Part shown: one piece after another, positions 19,501 to 29,102 of the stretch
Numbering within the stretch: the stretch's first letter is position 1
Layout: the number at the start of each line of letters is the position of its first letter
Assembly (NCBI GenBank): GCA_031262165.1
Contig: JAISIF010000129.1
Span: 1 to 57,493, forward strand
DNA: 57,493 nt
From: Myxococcales bacterium
GTDB lineage: Bacteria; Myxococcota; Myxococcia; Myxococcales; UBA5297
Direction of reading: 5' to 3'
Position numbers and translations under genes: made by a program
The notes under the pieces: generated by a model
Databases searched by the model: none
What the model saw: only the letters and a program-made list of their open reading frames with translations
What the model was told of the DNA's origin: nothing

Positions 19501-20361
19501 CTACTTGGACCAGTCGAGGCGCCGCTGCGCCGGAAAGCTCACCTCTTCCCGCCGGAGTTGGCCGCCGATCACGGCGCTCACCTCGTAGGCGCGCGCCTCG
19601 GCTGGCAACACCACGCGCGGCCCCTTGCCGACCATCTTCCCGTCCACGAAGAGCGGCACGTCCGCTGGCACCAGGACGACGAGGCAACACTCGTCGGCGA
19701 GCTGGCTGAGCACCTGCGGCGCGACGTCGATGCGAATGCCGAAGTTGACGTTGTTGGCACTAGGGATCCCGGCGGTCGTGATGCCGACGACTCGCCCCAG
19801 CCGATCGACGATGGGGCCGCCAGAGGCGCCAGGGTTGAGCGGGATCTGGGTCTGGAAAACCGGCCGCTCAGCGCCGATCGGGTAGATGTTCGTCACCATC
19901 CCCGTGGAGAAGGTCCAGATGCCGCCGAGCCCATGGCCCACTGCGGCGACCCAGCTCCCGACCCTGAGCCCCTGCATCTGAAGCGCGAGCGGCGTTGGAG
20001 ATTTGGCCGCCACCTGCACCAAGGCCAGGTCCACGTCTTTCTGCCCGCGTTCGACCACCGCCCCTGCCAACCGCTTCCCATCGTGCAGCACGACCTCCAC
20101 GCTGGCACTGTCGCCCACGACGTGGGCGTTGGTGAGCACCAACCCATCGGCGTTCACGAAGAAGCCAGAGCCGAACTTGCCCTTGGCCGAGATGAGCACC
20201 ACCGACGGTGCGATCCGATCGAAGAGCGCCTGCTGAAAGCGCTCGATCGCCTGAATGGGATCAGCGGCCTCGGCTGATTCTGCCGCCCGTGCAGCGCCGG
20301 TCGAGAGCACTGCGGCAAGCGGGAGAAAGGCCAGGGCGCGGAACAGCGATCGCTTCGGCAT
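19501..20361 (-). CDS. Secreted trypsin-like (S1C) serine protease without PDZ, with a PEGA-like tail
   Basis: GSGF, TNAHVV, DVDLA and LNPGASGGP catalytic triad motifs; LFVDGK in the C-terminal segment. Confidence 0.9.
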   Translation of the reverse strand: MPKRSLFRALAFLPLAAVLSTGAARAAESAEAADPIQAIERFQQALFDRIAPSVVLISAKGKFGSGFFVNADGLVLTNAHVVGDSASVEVVLHDGKRLAGAVVERGQKDVDLALVQVAAKSPTPLALQMQGLRVGSWVAAVGHGLGGIWTFSTGMVTNIYPIGAERPVFQTQIPLNPGASGGPIVDRLGRVVGITTAGIPSANNVNFGIRIDVAPQVLSQLADECCLVVLVPADVPLFVDGKMVGKGPRVVLPAEARAYEVSAVIGGQLRREEVSFPAQRRLDWSK

Positions 20362-21464
20362 CAGAACGTCCCTGAGAGAAGCGCCCCACCACCGCCCGGG
20401 CCAGCCGAGAAGCTCAGGTCGATCGTGACGTTGTCCGGGAGCCCGAGCTTTTGGCGCAGCTTCTTGTTGTGCTCATCGGCGAGCCGACGCGCCTCGGCAG
20501 CATCAATGGGAGCCATTCGCAAAAAGAGGCCTGTCATGAGCGCTGCCGTGCCCACTGCCGTGATGACGCCGCCAGCGATGAGAAAGTTGGTTTTTCTTTT
20601 ACTCTGCTTGGCATCCCAATCTTCCCACTCCTGCGAGCCCCAATCTTCCGGCTCTTTGCCATCGCTGCCGAACAGAGGAAGCAGCATGACGACCAGGCCA
20701 CCGGCCATGGCCACGCTGCCGCCCGCCATCAGGCCAATTTTGGCGCCCCGTCTGGTCTTGTAGCTGCTGACGAGATCGGCGCGCCCGATCTCTTCATAGA
20801 AGGTGGCACCCTTCAGCGGCTCTTTGAACTTACCCTTGACCGGGATGACCCCGGACGAGGCAGAGACCACCTGGCCGTATTGATTGACGCCGATTGCCGT
20901 CCACCCTTGGAAGCCAATGAAGTTCTTCTCGTATTCGTCGAGGGCGCTCGTTCCGGTCTGCTGAATCTCCGAGATGGCCTGCATCGCGGCCGGGGGCGCG
21001 CCGTCACTCGGAGCCGCTGCCCCCTCTTTGGCCGCCAAGGCCACCCCGCGCTTCACGGTGAAGGCATCCAGCGGTTCGCCCTTCTTCGAGTAGCGCGTCA
21101 CCATCGCGGTCGGCGGGGTGCTGGAGGCACCAGGGAAGATGCGCACGATGACGATCGAGTCAGCGGGAAATTGGGCACCCTTGGCCGCGATGGCGGCATC
21201 GTCGAGTTCGGCGACCGAACCGAGCGCTTCGCCAGTGAGGACCGTGACCCCCGCCTCGCGCGCGGCTTCGGCGAACGCTGCCGTGGCCGAAGCCAATTCC
21301 TCCGATGGCATCCCGCCCGCGACGAGCAGCACGGTGGTGTCGGCGCGCCCGAGATAGCTGGTCATCGCCGAAGGCGAAAAGGTCTCTGGCCATGTCTCGG
21401 CCTGCGCGGTGAAGGGGAGGGCAAACGCGAGAAGAAGTGTGGCTCGATGCAATAAAGCACTCAT
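20361..21464 (-). CDS. Hypothetical exported protein with two C-terminal hydrophobic helices
   Basis: GGAGG RBS, signal peptide ending AQA, ends ...LLSGTF; stop overlaps the protease start. Confidence 0.75.
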   Translation of the reverse strand: MSALLHRATLLLAFALPFTAQAETWPETFSPSAMTSYLGRADTTVLLVAGGMPSEELASATAAFAEAAREAGVTVLTGEALGSVAELDDAAIAAKGAQFPADSIVIVRIFPGASSTPPTAMVTRYSKKGEPLDAFTVKRGVALAAKEGAAAPSDGAPPAAMQAISEIQQTGTSALDEYEKNFIGFQGWTAIGVNQYGQVVSASSGVIPVKGKFKEPLKGATFYEEIGRADLVSSYKTRRGAKIGLMAGGSVAMAGGLVVMLLPLFGSDGKEPEDWGSQEWEDWDAKQSKRKTNFLIAGGVITAVGTAALMTGLFLRMAPIDAAEARRLADEHNKKLRQKLGLPDNVTIDLSFSAGPGGGGALLSGTF

Positions 21465-21938
21465 GAATCTTACCTCCTGATGCTGGTTTGGAGCTGCTGA
21501 CGATTCCTCAAAAACCTCCCCCTCCAACCGCCTCTGAATCGGGAAGATCCATCGTCATTGTGAAAGAAGTTTCTCGTCCTCCAGATGGTGTGGAGCACAC
21601 CTCATCGTTCCTCGGAATCGACGGCCTCTCGCCCTGCTCTTTTTGGCAAGCAAGGGGATAAATCCCCTTGCCAAGAAATTCTGGAAGCGGATGCGGTAAT
21701 GACCAACATCAGAGATGCAAACGATACGGACACACAACGCCCTTTCCTTTTTTTGAATAGACGCATCCAGACCAAGATGCCCCTCGATCGCCTCTCACTG
21801 TCGAGGCCATCCTCGATGCCAGCTGCTCTCTGGGGACGAGGGGCTTTCCGTTGGCTGGACCGCGCAACCCCATCAGGCGCGGCGCATCAGAGCGCTCCTT
21901 CCCCGCAGCAGACTCCAAAAACAACGAGGTCGATTCAA

Positions 21939-23345
21939 ATGTCAGACGCAAGCGTGGCTCAGACAGGTGACTTCATCCAGGACGGCGTGATCGCCCAGGT
22001 CCTCGACCGAGGCGCCGCCGCTTCCCCCACCGAGATCCGCGAGATCCTGGCCAAGGCGCTCGAGCTCAAAGGGCTGTCGCTGTCGGATGTGGCCGCGCTC
22101 TCCAAACTGCGCGATCCCGAGCTTTGCCACGCGCTGTTCGAGGCAGCTCGCGCGGTCAAGGAGAGGATCTATGGCACGCGCATGGTTCTCTTCGCGCCGC
22201 TCTACATCTCCAATCTCTGCAACAACGAGTGCCTCTACTGCGCGTTCCGCGCGAGCAACCGCGAACTGGAGCGTCGGGCGCTCTCCCGCGACGACATCAC
22301 GCGCGAGGTCGAAGAGCTCGTGGATCAGGGGCACAAGCGCGTCCTGATGGTGGCCGGTGAGCGCTACCCGCAGGAGGGCTTCCGCTACGTGCTCGACGCG
22401 ATCGACGCCATCTACGCGGTGAAGCGCCCCAAGGGAGAGATCCGCCGCGTCAACGTCAACGTGGCGCCGCTGTCCGTCGATGAGTTCCGCGAGCTCAAGG
22501 CAGCGCGCATCGGCACCTTCCAGCTCTTCCAGGAGACCTACCACCGCGGAGTCTATGCGGAGGTCCACCGCGGCGGCCCCAAGCGCAATTACGACTTCCG
22601 CGTGACCGCCATGGACCGCGCCATGGCGGCTGGGATCGACGACGTGGGCATTGGCCCGCTTCTCGGCCTGGCCGACTGGCGCTTCGAAATTCTCGCGTTG
22701 CTCCAGCACATCCACCACCTCGAAGAGCGCTTCGGCGTTGGCCCGCACACCATCAGCATCCCGCGGATCGAGCCCGCGTGCGGCTCGGACATGGCGACGC
22801 GCCCGCCCAACGAAGTGAGCGACGACGACTTCCGCAAGATCGTCGCGATCCTGCGGCTGGCCGTGCCCTACACGGGCCTCATCCTCTCGACGCGCGAGAG
22901 CGCCGCGATGCGCCACGAGCTCATCGGCCTCGGCATCTCGCAGGTCTCGGCCGGCAGCCGGACGAACCCGGGCGGCTACACCGAGCGCGAGGACGAGCAG
23001 GCCGCCCAGTTCCACCTCGGCGACCACCGCTCACTCGAAGAGGTGGTCGTGGATCTGATGTCCATGGGCCACATCCCGTCGTTCTGCACGGGCTGCTACC
23101 GCATGGGCCGAACGGGCAAGGACTTCATGGACCTCGCGCGGCCCGGCGACATTCGACGCCACTGCGATCCCAACGGCCTGTCCACATTCCTCGAATACCT
23201 GATCGACTTTGCCTCTCCCGAGACGCGGCAGATGGGCGAGCGGCTCATCCAAGACAAGATCGAGCGCATGGCGCCCATCCCGCGCGCCGTGTCCCAGAAG
23301 CTCGTCGAGCGCGTCCGTTCGGGCCAGCGCGACGCTTACGTGTGA
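21939..23345 (+). CDS. hydG: [FeFe]-hydrogenase H-cluster radical SAM maturase
   Basis: FAPLYISNLCNNECLYC (CxxxCxxC), LFQETYH, SAGSRTNPGGY and the C-terminal SFCTGCYR...HCDPN auxiliary-cluster motif that separates HydG from ThiH. Confidence 0.93.
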   Translation: MSDASVAQTGDFIQDGVIAQVLDRGAAASPTEIREILAKALELKGLSLSDVAALSKLRDPELCHALFEAARAVKERIYGTRMVLFAPLYISNLCNNECLYCAFRASNRELERRALSRDDITREVEELVDQGHKRVLMVAGERYPQEGFRYVLDAIDAIYAVKRPKGEIRRVNVNVAPLSVDEFRELKAARIGTFQLFQETYHRGVYAEVHRGGPKRNYDFRVTAMDRAMAAGIDDVGIGPLLGLADWRFEILALLQHIHHLEERFGVGPHTISIPRIEPACGSDMATRPPNEVSDDDFRKIVAILRLAVPYTGLILSTRESAAMRHELIGLGISQVSAGSRTNPGGYTEREDEQAAQFHLGDHRSLEEVVVDLMSMGHIPSFCTGCYRMGRTGKDFMDLARPGDIRRHCDPNGLSTFLEYLIDFASPETRQMGERLIQDKIERMAPIPRAVSQKLVERVRSGQRDAYV

Positions 23346-23697
23346 GAGAGAACGACAAAGGAGATCACATTCAAATTAGTATTATAGAACGCCACAACGA
23401 CGCCAAAAAGAACATTGAATTCGAAATAAAATAATAAAGATTCCGCGTCCCACTTCGCGGGAATCAATCATTTGCAGCTTCGCTGTAAAATTATGCCGCC
23501 TTTCAGCGGTGTTTCGCTTCTCTTCGCAATTTGCAGCATTTTCGAGAAAGAATGAGATTGTTCATTTTATTTGCTAGACGGGCGCAGCACGCTGCGCCCC
23601 TACAAAACCTTCGATGGATAGCGTCAATTATTTTTGAGGACACTGTAAATCCAATAGGACCAAACTGCTTGAGAGAAAAATAGAATTTATAAAAGAA

Positions 23698-24157
23698 TTG
23701 GATGTCGTCGCGGTTCGCAATGACGAGAATGTTGGGAATATCGTCTATTGTGAATCCGAAATCATAGATTCAGACAGAGAAGACGTCGTTTTGACCTTGG
23801 GCCTTCTCAGCGTTTTGCCTGAATGTCAGAAAAAAAGGATTGGGGGAGGGGAGGGCGGCGATAGAGCTGGCACGGACGATGGGGATCGGGCGGTGCTCAT
23901 CTATGGCGTTCCAGCGTATTATCAGCGCGTTGGCTTCAAGCCTTCCAAAGAATACAGGACAACAAACGAGGATTTGCAAAGTCCCGCCGCGCTGCTGGCG
24001 CTCGAATCATATTCGAATGCATTGAGTGGAATCAAAGGCGTGTTCGATGAAGGAAAGCATTATCAAGTCGATGAGCTTGGATTGCTTGAATCCAAAAAAG
24101 GCTTCCCTCCAAAAGAAAAGCGCTCCACGAAAATACAGGATCGATTCAATGAGTCAG
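23698..24157 (+). pseudogene. Degraded GNAT acetyltransferase
   Basis: VGNIVY, LSVLPECQKKRIG, LIYGVPAYYQRVGF; N-terminus missing; segment AIELARTMG lies in another frame; 3' end runs into a MITE. Confidence 0.7.
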
Positions 24158-24163
24158 GACTTA

Positions 24164-24277
24164 GGGATTATCCATCGATTATCCCGTCGCCCCGCTCGTC
24201 GGTGAAATGCCAGCCTTCGTTGCTTCGCTCTTCACTTCGTCCTTCGCGTTGCTCGGCCCTCATTGAGGGATAAATCC
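24164..24277 (+). repeat. MITE family A, copy 3 (internally deleted)
   Basis: TTA|GGGATTATCC...GGATAAATCC|TTA, with a matching 3-bp TTA on each side. Confidence 0.9.
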
Positions 24278-24383
24278 TTAGTGGAGATGTTTTTGTGAAA
24301 GCAGGGATGATTATCAATCGCCCGTGCGAAATCATCTGAAGACCGCCATTAGAATTGGTGATTTCGGGATCAAAGGAAAAGGG

Positions 24384-24890
24384 TCACCGCATGGGCTTCA
24401 TGTAGGCGATCTGCGTCACCTCGCGGTCGTCGGACTCGGCGGCGAGCGTCGTCACGCGGCCATCCGCGGCGCGCAGGCGGCGGCACAGCTCGCGGTTGAG
24501 GTTCTGGAGCACCAGGACGTAGGCCTTCACGTCCGCCTGATAGAGCCGATACAGATCCATGTTCGTCAGTTCGAACAGGGTGACATCGGTCTCGGCTTGG
24601 GCCGTCGCTGGCCTCGGCTGCATCTCGATGAGCGTCGTCTCGCCGAAGAAGTCGCCTCGGCGCAGTCGCACGAGGCGCACCTGCTGACCGCTGACCCCAG
24701 AGCGGACCATCAGGACCTCACCCGAGTGGATGAGATACATGGATGCCCCGCGATCGCCCTCGAAGAAGATGGTCGATCTCTGTCGGAAGGTGTGCTGCTT
24801 GAGCATTCCGCACAGCCGCTCGAGGGCTGGCTCGTCGAGGCCTCCGAAGAAGGGCGTTTTCTCCAAAAATTCTTTGAGTTCTCTCTGCAT
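24384..24890 (-). CDS. Stand-alone cyclic nucleotide-binding domain protein
   Basis: IFFEGDRGASMYLIHSGEV, GDFFGE and PRPATAQA motifs; no HTH. Confidence 0.9.
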   Translation of the reverse strand: MQRELKEFLEKTPFFGGLDEPALERLCGMLKQHTFRQRSTIFFEGDRGASMYLIHSGEVLMVRSGVSGQQVRLVRLRRGDFFGETTLIEMQPRPATAQAETDVTLFELTNMDLYRLYQADVKAYVLVLQNLNRELCRRLRAADGRVTTLAAESDDREVTQIAYMKPMR

Positions 24891-25006
24891 GACTCCCCAT
24901 CACCGGGGCTGGAGGCCCGGCATGTCTCCACGTGTATCGACGAAAAGGCGGCGCGCGATAGCACGTTTCCGGGCGGGCGCGGCAAGGGCGGTGTGGCGAT
25001 GGTGAA

Positions 25007-25174
25007 CTGAGGATTGGGTTCTGATTTTTGATGTCGTGAAATGGGTTGTAGGGGCAAGGCGTGCCGTGCCCTGTCGAACATCTTTCCGACACAGACACGA
25101 TGGGCGCGGCGCGCCGTGACCCTACGAAAAACCGCATCCATTCAAATCGAAACCAGCAGAACTCGATTGCTCTG
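25007..25174. repeat. Family B element carrying a GTAG-type REP pair
   Basis: Ends GATTGGGTTCT / AGAACTCGATTGCTCTG; internal GTAGGGGCAAGGCGTGCCGTGCCC and GGGCGCGGCGCGCCGTGACCCTAC. Confidence 0.65.
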
Positions 25175-25335
25175 TCCTGCCGTTGAAGGCCGTTGGCCCT
25201 CCAGAGCGCGATCGCTATAAGGCGCCGCCATTCCATCCATGCCACCCATCGTCCGCCCGCCGTGCGCGGCAGGGCACGAAGACAGAACACGAAAACGAAA
25301 ACGAACGCGACGCTCGCGAAGAAGAAGAGGAACGC

Positions 25336-26277
25336 ATGTCACCGAAACGATCCCTCAGATGGCTCTCCCTTGCCTGTGCGCTCGGATTTTTCCTGAGTGC
25401 GGGCGCCGATGAGTGCCTGGCCGCAGCCCGAACCAAGGCGCGCCACCGTATCGCCAAGGTCATCCCGACCTATGCCTATCTCGTCCCGGACAGCAGCCAG
25501 TTCATCGACGCTGATCCCGCCTTTCTCAAGAACGCCCTGGCCAAGGCCAAGCGGCGCCGAGGCGTCAAGCGCGGCGAGATCATCGACGACAAGGAGATCC
25601 GCCTGGAGATCGATCCCAAGACCTTCCAGACCGAGACCGTGATCCAGGATCTCGAGGGACTGCGCGTCGCGATGCGCCCGCCCTACAAGGGAATCGAGCT
25701 GCGCGTGGTCGATGGTGCGAGCTTCCCGCCGCGCAGCGAGATCAACGACGATGGGATGCTCGTCGTCGAGCTCAGCACGCAGCTCAAAGAGGCCATCAAC
25801 GAGGCTGTCCACTTCAACCTCCCGCCGAGGATGAAGTGCGTCGGCAAACTCGACTCGCCCAAGGCCAACGACGCGACGCTGCTGCGCTTCGAGAAAGAGA
25901 AGCTCTCCCCGGCCAAGATGATCCCCTTCATGAGTGTCGCGGACTTCGACGGCGACAAGCGTCCCGACCTGTTCCTCAGGCTCAGGGGCCTGCCCGAGAT
26001 GATCGTCTTCAACCAGGGCAATGGCTTCAATGTGGTGCCGCTGCGAGCGCCGCCGACGGAGCTGTCCACGATCCCGCGCTGCAGCCAGGATCCGCTCCAA
26101 TACGTCCGCGCCGTGCCCAACAAGCAGGTGAGGTGTCTCTCGGCGGAGAAGCGCCCCAAGAAACACAAGGGTGACGGCTTCGAGCTGATCAACCTCAACG
26201 TCAGCAACCAGCTCCTCATGTGGGACGGCTCCAAGATCGTCTCGTGTGAGCCGCTCGGTGAGGCCGTGATCCCCTGA
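25336..26277 (+). CDS. Secreted hypothetical protein with an FG-GAP/VCBS-like motif
   Basis: Signal peptide; ADFDGDKRPDL motif; GAGG RBS. Confidence 0.75.
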   Translation: MSPKRSLRWLSLACALGFFLSAGADECLAAARTKARHRIAKVIPTYAYLVPDSSQFIDADPAFLKNALAKAKRRRGVKRGEIIDDKEIRLEIDPKTFQTETVIQDLEGLRVAMRPPYKGIELRVVDGASFPPRSEINDDGMLVVELSTQLKEAINEAVHFNLPPRMKCVGKLDSPKANDATLLRFEKEKLSPAKMIPFMSVADFDGDKRPDLFLRLRGLPEMIVFNQGNGFNVVPLRAPPTELSTIPRCSQDPLQYVRAVPNKQVRCLSAEKRPKKHKGDGFELINLNVSNQLLMWDGSKIVSCEPLGEAVIP

Positions 26278-26453
26278 CATCCCTCTCCCGCAAGCGGGCG
26301 AGGGAATTCTTGGAAACCGGTTTGGAACGAATTGGATGAGGCCATCCTCATTCGCTGCCCTCTCCCGAAAAAAGGGAGAGGGCGGTCGCGAGGCGCCATG
26401 AGAGGGGCTCCGAATCCGGCTCAGGCGTCACCTCCTCTCAGGAGCCTCTCGAG

Positions 26454-27632
26454 ATGTCTCGATACCTTTGCCGCTCCTCCGATGTCCGCTGCCCCTGGAC
26501 TGGCCTGACAGCGCTTCTCGTGCTCGCGCCGATGCTCTGTCTGTCGCTCGCGTGTGGAGAGGAGAAGCGCTTGGTCCAGCTCGAGATCGACGGCTACCGC
26601 CAGGACGTCTTCGAGCAGGAGGCCGCCTCGAAGCTCGACCTGCTCTGGGTCATCGACAACTCGGGCTCGATGAAGCCGCACCAGGACCGTCTCGCCGCTG
26701 GCCTGCGGCGCTTCATGACCCTGCTCGATCGTGGGCTCGTCGATTACCGCATCGCGGTGATCACCACTGACGCGCGCTCGGATCGCGGCGAGTTCCAAGG
26801 CGTGCCCGCCATCGTCACGCCGCAGCTCGCTGACCCGCTCTCGGCCTTTCAGCGCAATGTCCAGGTCGGCGTCGGCGGCACGGGGCACGAGGAGGCCTTC
26901 GAGTCAGCGCGTCTGGCCATCGAGCGCGAGCGGGCCATGGCTGCCGAGGTCCTCGCCGCGCGCGAGCGCTGCGCCGAAGGATGCGCCTCGGGCAACGGCG
27001 CCTGCGCCTCTGCCTGCGAGGAGAGCCACACGCCCATCTTCATGCGCCCCAACGCGCACCTGCACCTCATCTTCGTGTCGGACGAGGACGAGCAGAGCGT
27101 GGGTGAGCTGCGCTTCTTCCAGCGCTTCTTCGAGACGTCACTCGGCGTGGGCAGCGAGGACTCGGTGCGCGTGGCCACCCTGTGCGGCGATCTCTCTGTC
27201 GCCACGTGCGCCAAGGCGCCGGGCAGGCGCTACCGCGCGCTCGTCGAGTCGATGGTCGGCATCACGGCCTCGATCTGCGACGAGAGTTTCGAGACCTCCC
27301 TCTCTGCCATTGCCCTGGACGCGGCAGGCCTCGCGCGCAGGTTCAAGCTCTCGAACAAGGCGGATCCCTCGACGATCTCGATCGAGACGCTCTACCGCTG
27401 CGACAGCGAGCCAGCCCACATCGGCCGATGTCAGGAGCGCACCGATGCCTGCGATGGCGCGACGCCCTCGACCCTCGGCATCCGCTGCGTTCCGCCCGCT
27501 GACGCGACGAACGGCTGGACGTTCGAGCCGCGCGCGAACGCGCTCTTCTTCAACGGAGACGCGCTGCCGGGCCTGCGCGCCCGCGTCGTCGTCAGCTACC
27601 ACGTCGACGAGTCGCTCCTCCTACCGCGCTGA
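26454..27632 (+). CDS. vWA-like lipoprotein
   Basis: Lipobox SLAC; LDLLWVIDNSGSM (MIDAS DxSxS), IAVITTD and IFVSDEDE motifs. Confidence 0.8.
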   Translation: MSRYLCRSSDVRCPWTGLTALLVLAPMLCLSLACGEEKRLVQLEIDGYRQDVFEQEAASKLDLLWVIDNSGSMKPHQDRLAAGLRRFMTLLDRGLVDYRIAVITTDARSDRGEFQGVPAIVTPQLADPLSAFQRNVQVGVGGTGHEEAFESARLAIERERAMAAEVLAARERCAEGCASGNGACASACEESHTPIFMRPNAHLHLIFVSDEDEQSVGELRFFQRFFETSLGVGSEDSVRVATLCGDLSVATCAKAPGRRYRALVESMVGITASICDESFETSLSAIALDAAGLARRFKLSNKADPSTISIETLYRCDSEPAHIGRCQERTDACDGATPSTLGIRCVPPADATNGWTFEPRANALFFNGDALPGLRARVVVSYHVDESLLLPR

Positions 27633-27641
27633 GAGCCCCTC

Positions 27642-29102
27642 ATGGACACACGCCTCATCACCGCCCTCTTGGCTGGGCTGCTCCTCTGCCTCCTCTCCGT
27701 CGCTGCCTGCGATGGCGGGAACACGGTCGCCGTCACGCCACAGATCACCTTGGAGCGCGCTGCGCTCGACTTTGGTGAGGTGCCCGTGCTGGTGACGCGC
27801 ACGGCCTCGCTTCGGTTGACCAACACGGGCCGCGCACCGCTCGCCCTGTTCGATGTTCGGCTCGACGGCGCGGGCGATGACCTGGCCATTGCTCAGGCGC
27901 CGACCTCGATCGACTCTGGCGGCGAGGCCTGGATCGCGCTCGACTGGCGTCCGGAGCGCTTGGGGGGGCTCGATGCGATCCTGCGTTTCGCCACGGACGA
28001 TCCAGAGGCGCCACTCATCGCGGTCCCTCTCACGGGCATCTCCACGACGCAGGGCAAGCTCGAACACAGCGCCGCGCTCGACTTCGACGGCCAGTGCGAG
28101 GGCAGCGAGGCCCTGGGGCAGATCGAGCTCAGATCGACTGGCACGGCCGCGCTCGTGATCACTGGCATCGCGATCGAGCCGACATCAGAGAACGCCTTCT
28201 CCCTGCTCGGCTCGGCACGCACGCCGATCACGATCCCGAGCGGCGAATCGATCGCTTTGATCGTGCGCCATGCGCCGCCCTTTGGCGCGGAGGAGCCTCG
28301 GCGCGCGCGCCTCGTCATCGACAGCAGCGACCCGACCGCGCCGCGCCTCGACATCCCACTCGACGCCACGCTCGACCGCGCGCCCCTGGCCCACATCGCG
28401 CCCTTTCCTGGCCTAGCGCCAGGCGCCTTGCTCACGCTCGATGGCTCAGCGTCAGACGATCCAGATGGTCCTGGGCCACTCACCTTTGCCTGGACCCTCG
28501 ACGCGCGCCCTGCTGACTCGAAGAGCGCCATCGCGCACGCGGACGCGCCAGAGGCCACGCTCGAGATCGACGCGCCAGGCACCTACGACGTCGCCCTGCG
28601 CGTGACAGACGCGGCGGGCTGTGTGTCTCGGCCAGCATTCCGGACGGCGCTGGCGCAGACGGCCGAGGCGCTGCGCGTCGAGCTCTTCTGGGACAACCTC
28701 CAGGCCGACCTCGACCTGCACCTCGTCCCAGATCCAGACGACTTCTTCGACCCATCGGACTGTCACTTTGCCGATGGCCACCTCGCGCCGGACTGGGGCG
28801 TTCCAGGCGATGCGTCGGACGATCCCCTACTCCTGCGCGATGCGCTCACTGGCTACGGCCCAGAGATCATCTCGTTCCCGGCGCCCTCCGCGGGGCGCTA
28901 CCGCGCGCTCGTGCATTACTTCTCGGCGCACCACGCTGCCGCGACCGCGACCCTGGCCACCCTGCGCCTCTACCGATTCGGCGTGCTCGTGTTCGAGTCG
29001 CGCCAAACCCTCGGCAGCGAAGGCGCACGCTGGGAAGCGTTCGCCGTGGCCTGGCCTGGCGGCGAGCTCTTTCCCATCGATGTGTGCGAGGCCTGCGAAT
29101 GA
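27642..29102 (+). CDS. Lipoprotein with ASH/choice-of-anchor D-like Ig repeats, a PKD domain and a C-terminal DLDLH domain
   Basis: Lipobox VAAC; LDFGEV, LTNTG, LDGSASDDPDG, GTYDVALRVTD, ADLDLHL and GYGPE motifs. Confidence 0.8.
   Translation: MDTRLITALLAGLLLCLLSVAACDGGNTVAVTPQITLERAALDFGEVPVLVTRTASLRLTNTGRAPLALFDVRLDGAGDDLAIAQAPTSIDSGGEAWIALDWRPERLGGLDAILRFATDDPEAPLIAVPLTGISTTQGKLEHSAALDFDGQCEGSEALGQIELRSTGTAALVITGIAIEPTSENAFSLLGSARTPITIPSGESIALIVRHAPPFGAEEPRRARLVIDSSDPTAPRLDIPLDATLDRAPLAHIAPFPGLAPGALLTLDGSASDDPDGPGPLTFAWTLDARPADSKSAIAHADAPEATLEIDAPGTYDVALRVTDAAGCVSRPAFRTALAQTAEALRVELFWDNLQADLDLHLVPDPDDFFDPSDCHFADGHLAPDWGVPGDASDDPLLLRDALTGYGPEIISFPAPSAGRYRALVHYFSAHHAAATATLATLRLYRFGVLVFESRQTLGSEGARWEAFAVAWPGGELFPIDVCEACE

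Noticed and set aside
21585-21938. N-terminal extension of HydG
   Set aside because: Homology and an RBS-like GAGG point to ATG 21939, and the duplicate leader has a deletion in this region.
21939-23345. thiH assignment
   Set aside because: Length (468 aa) and the C-terminal CxxC-x22-C motif fit HydG; no thi genes nearby.
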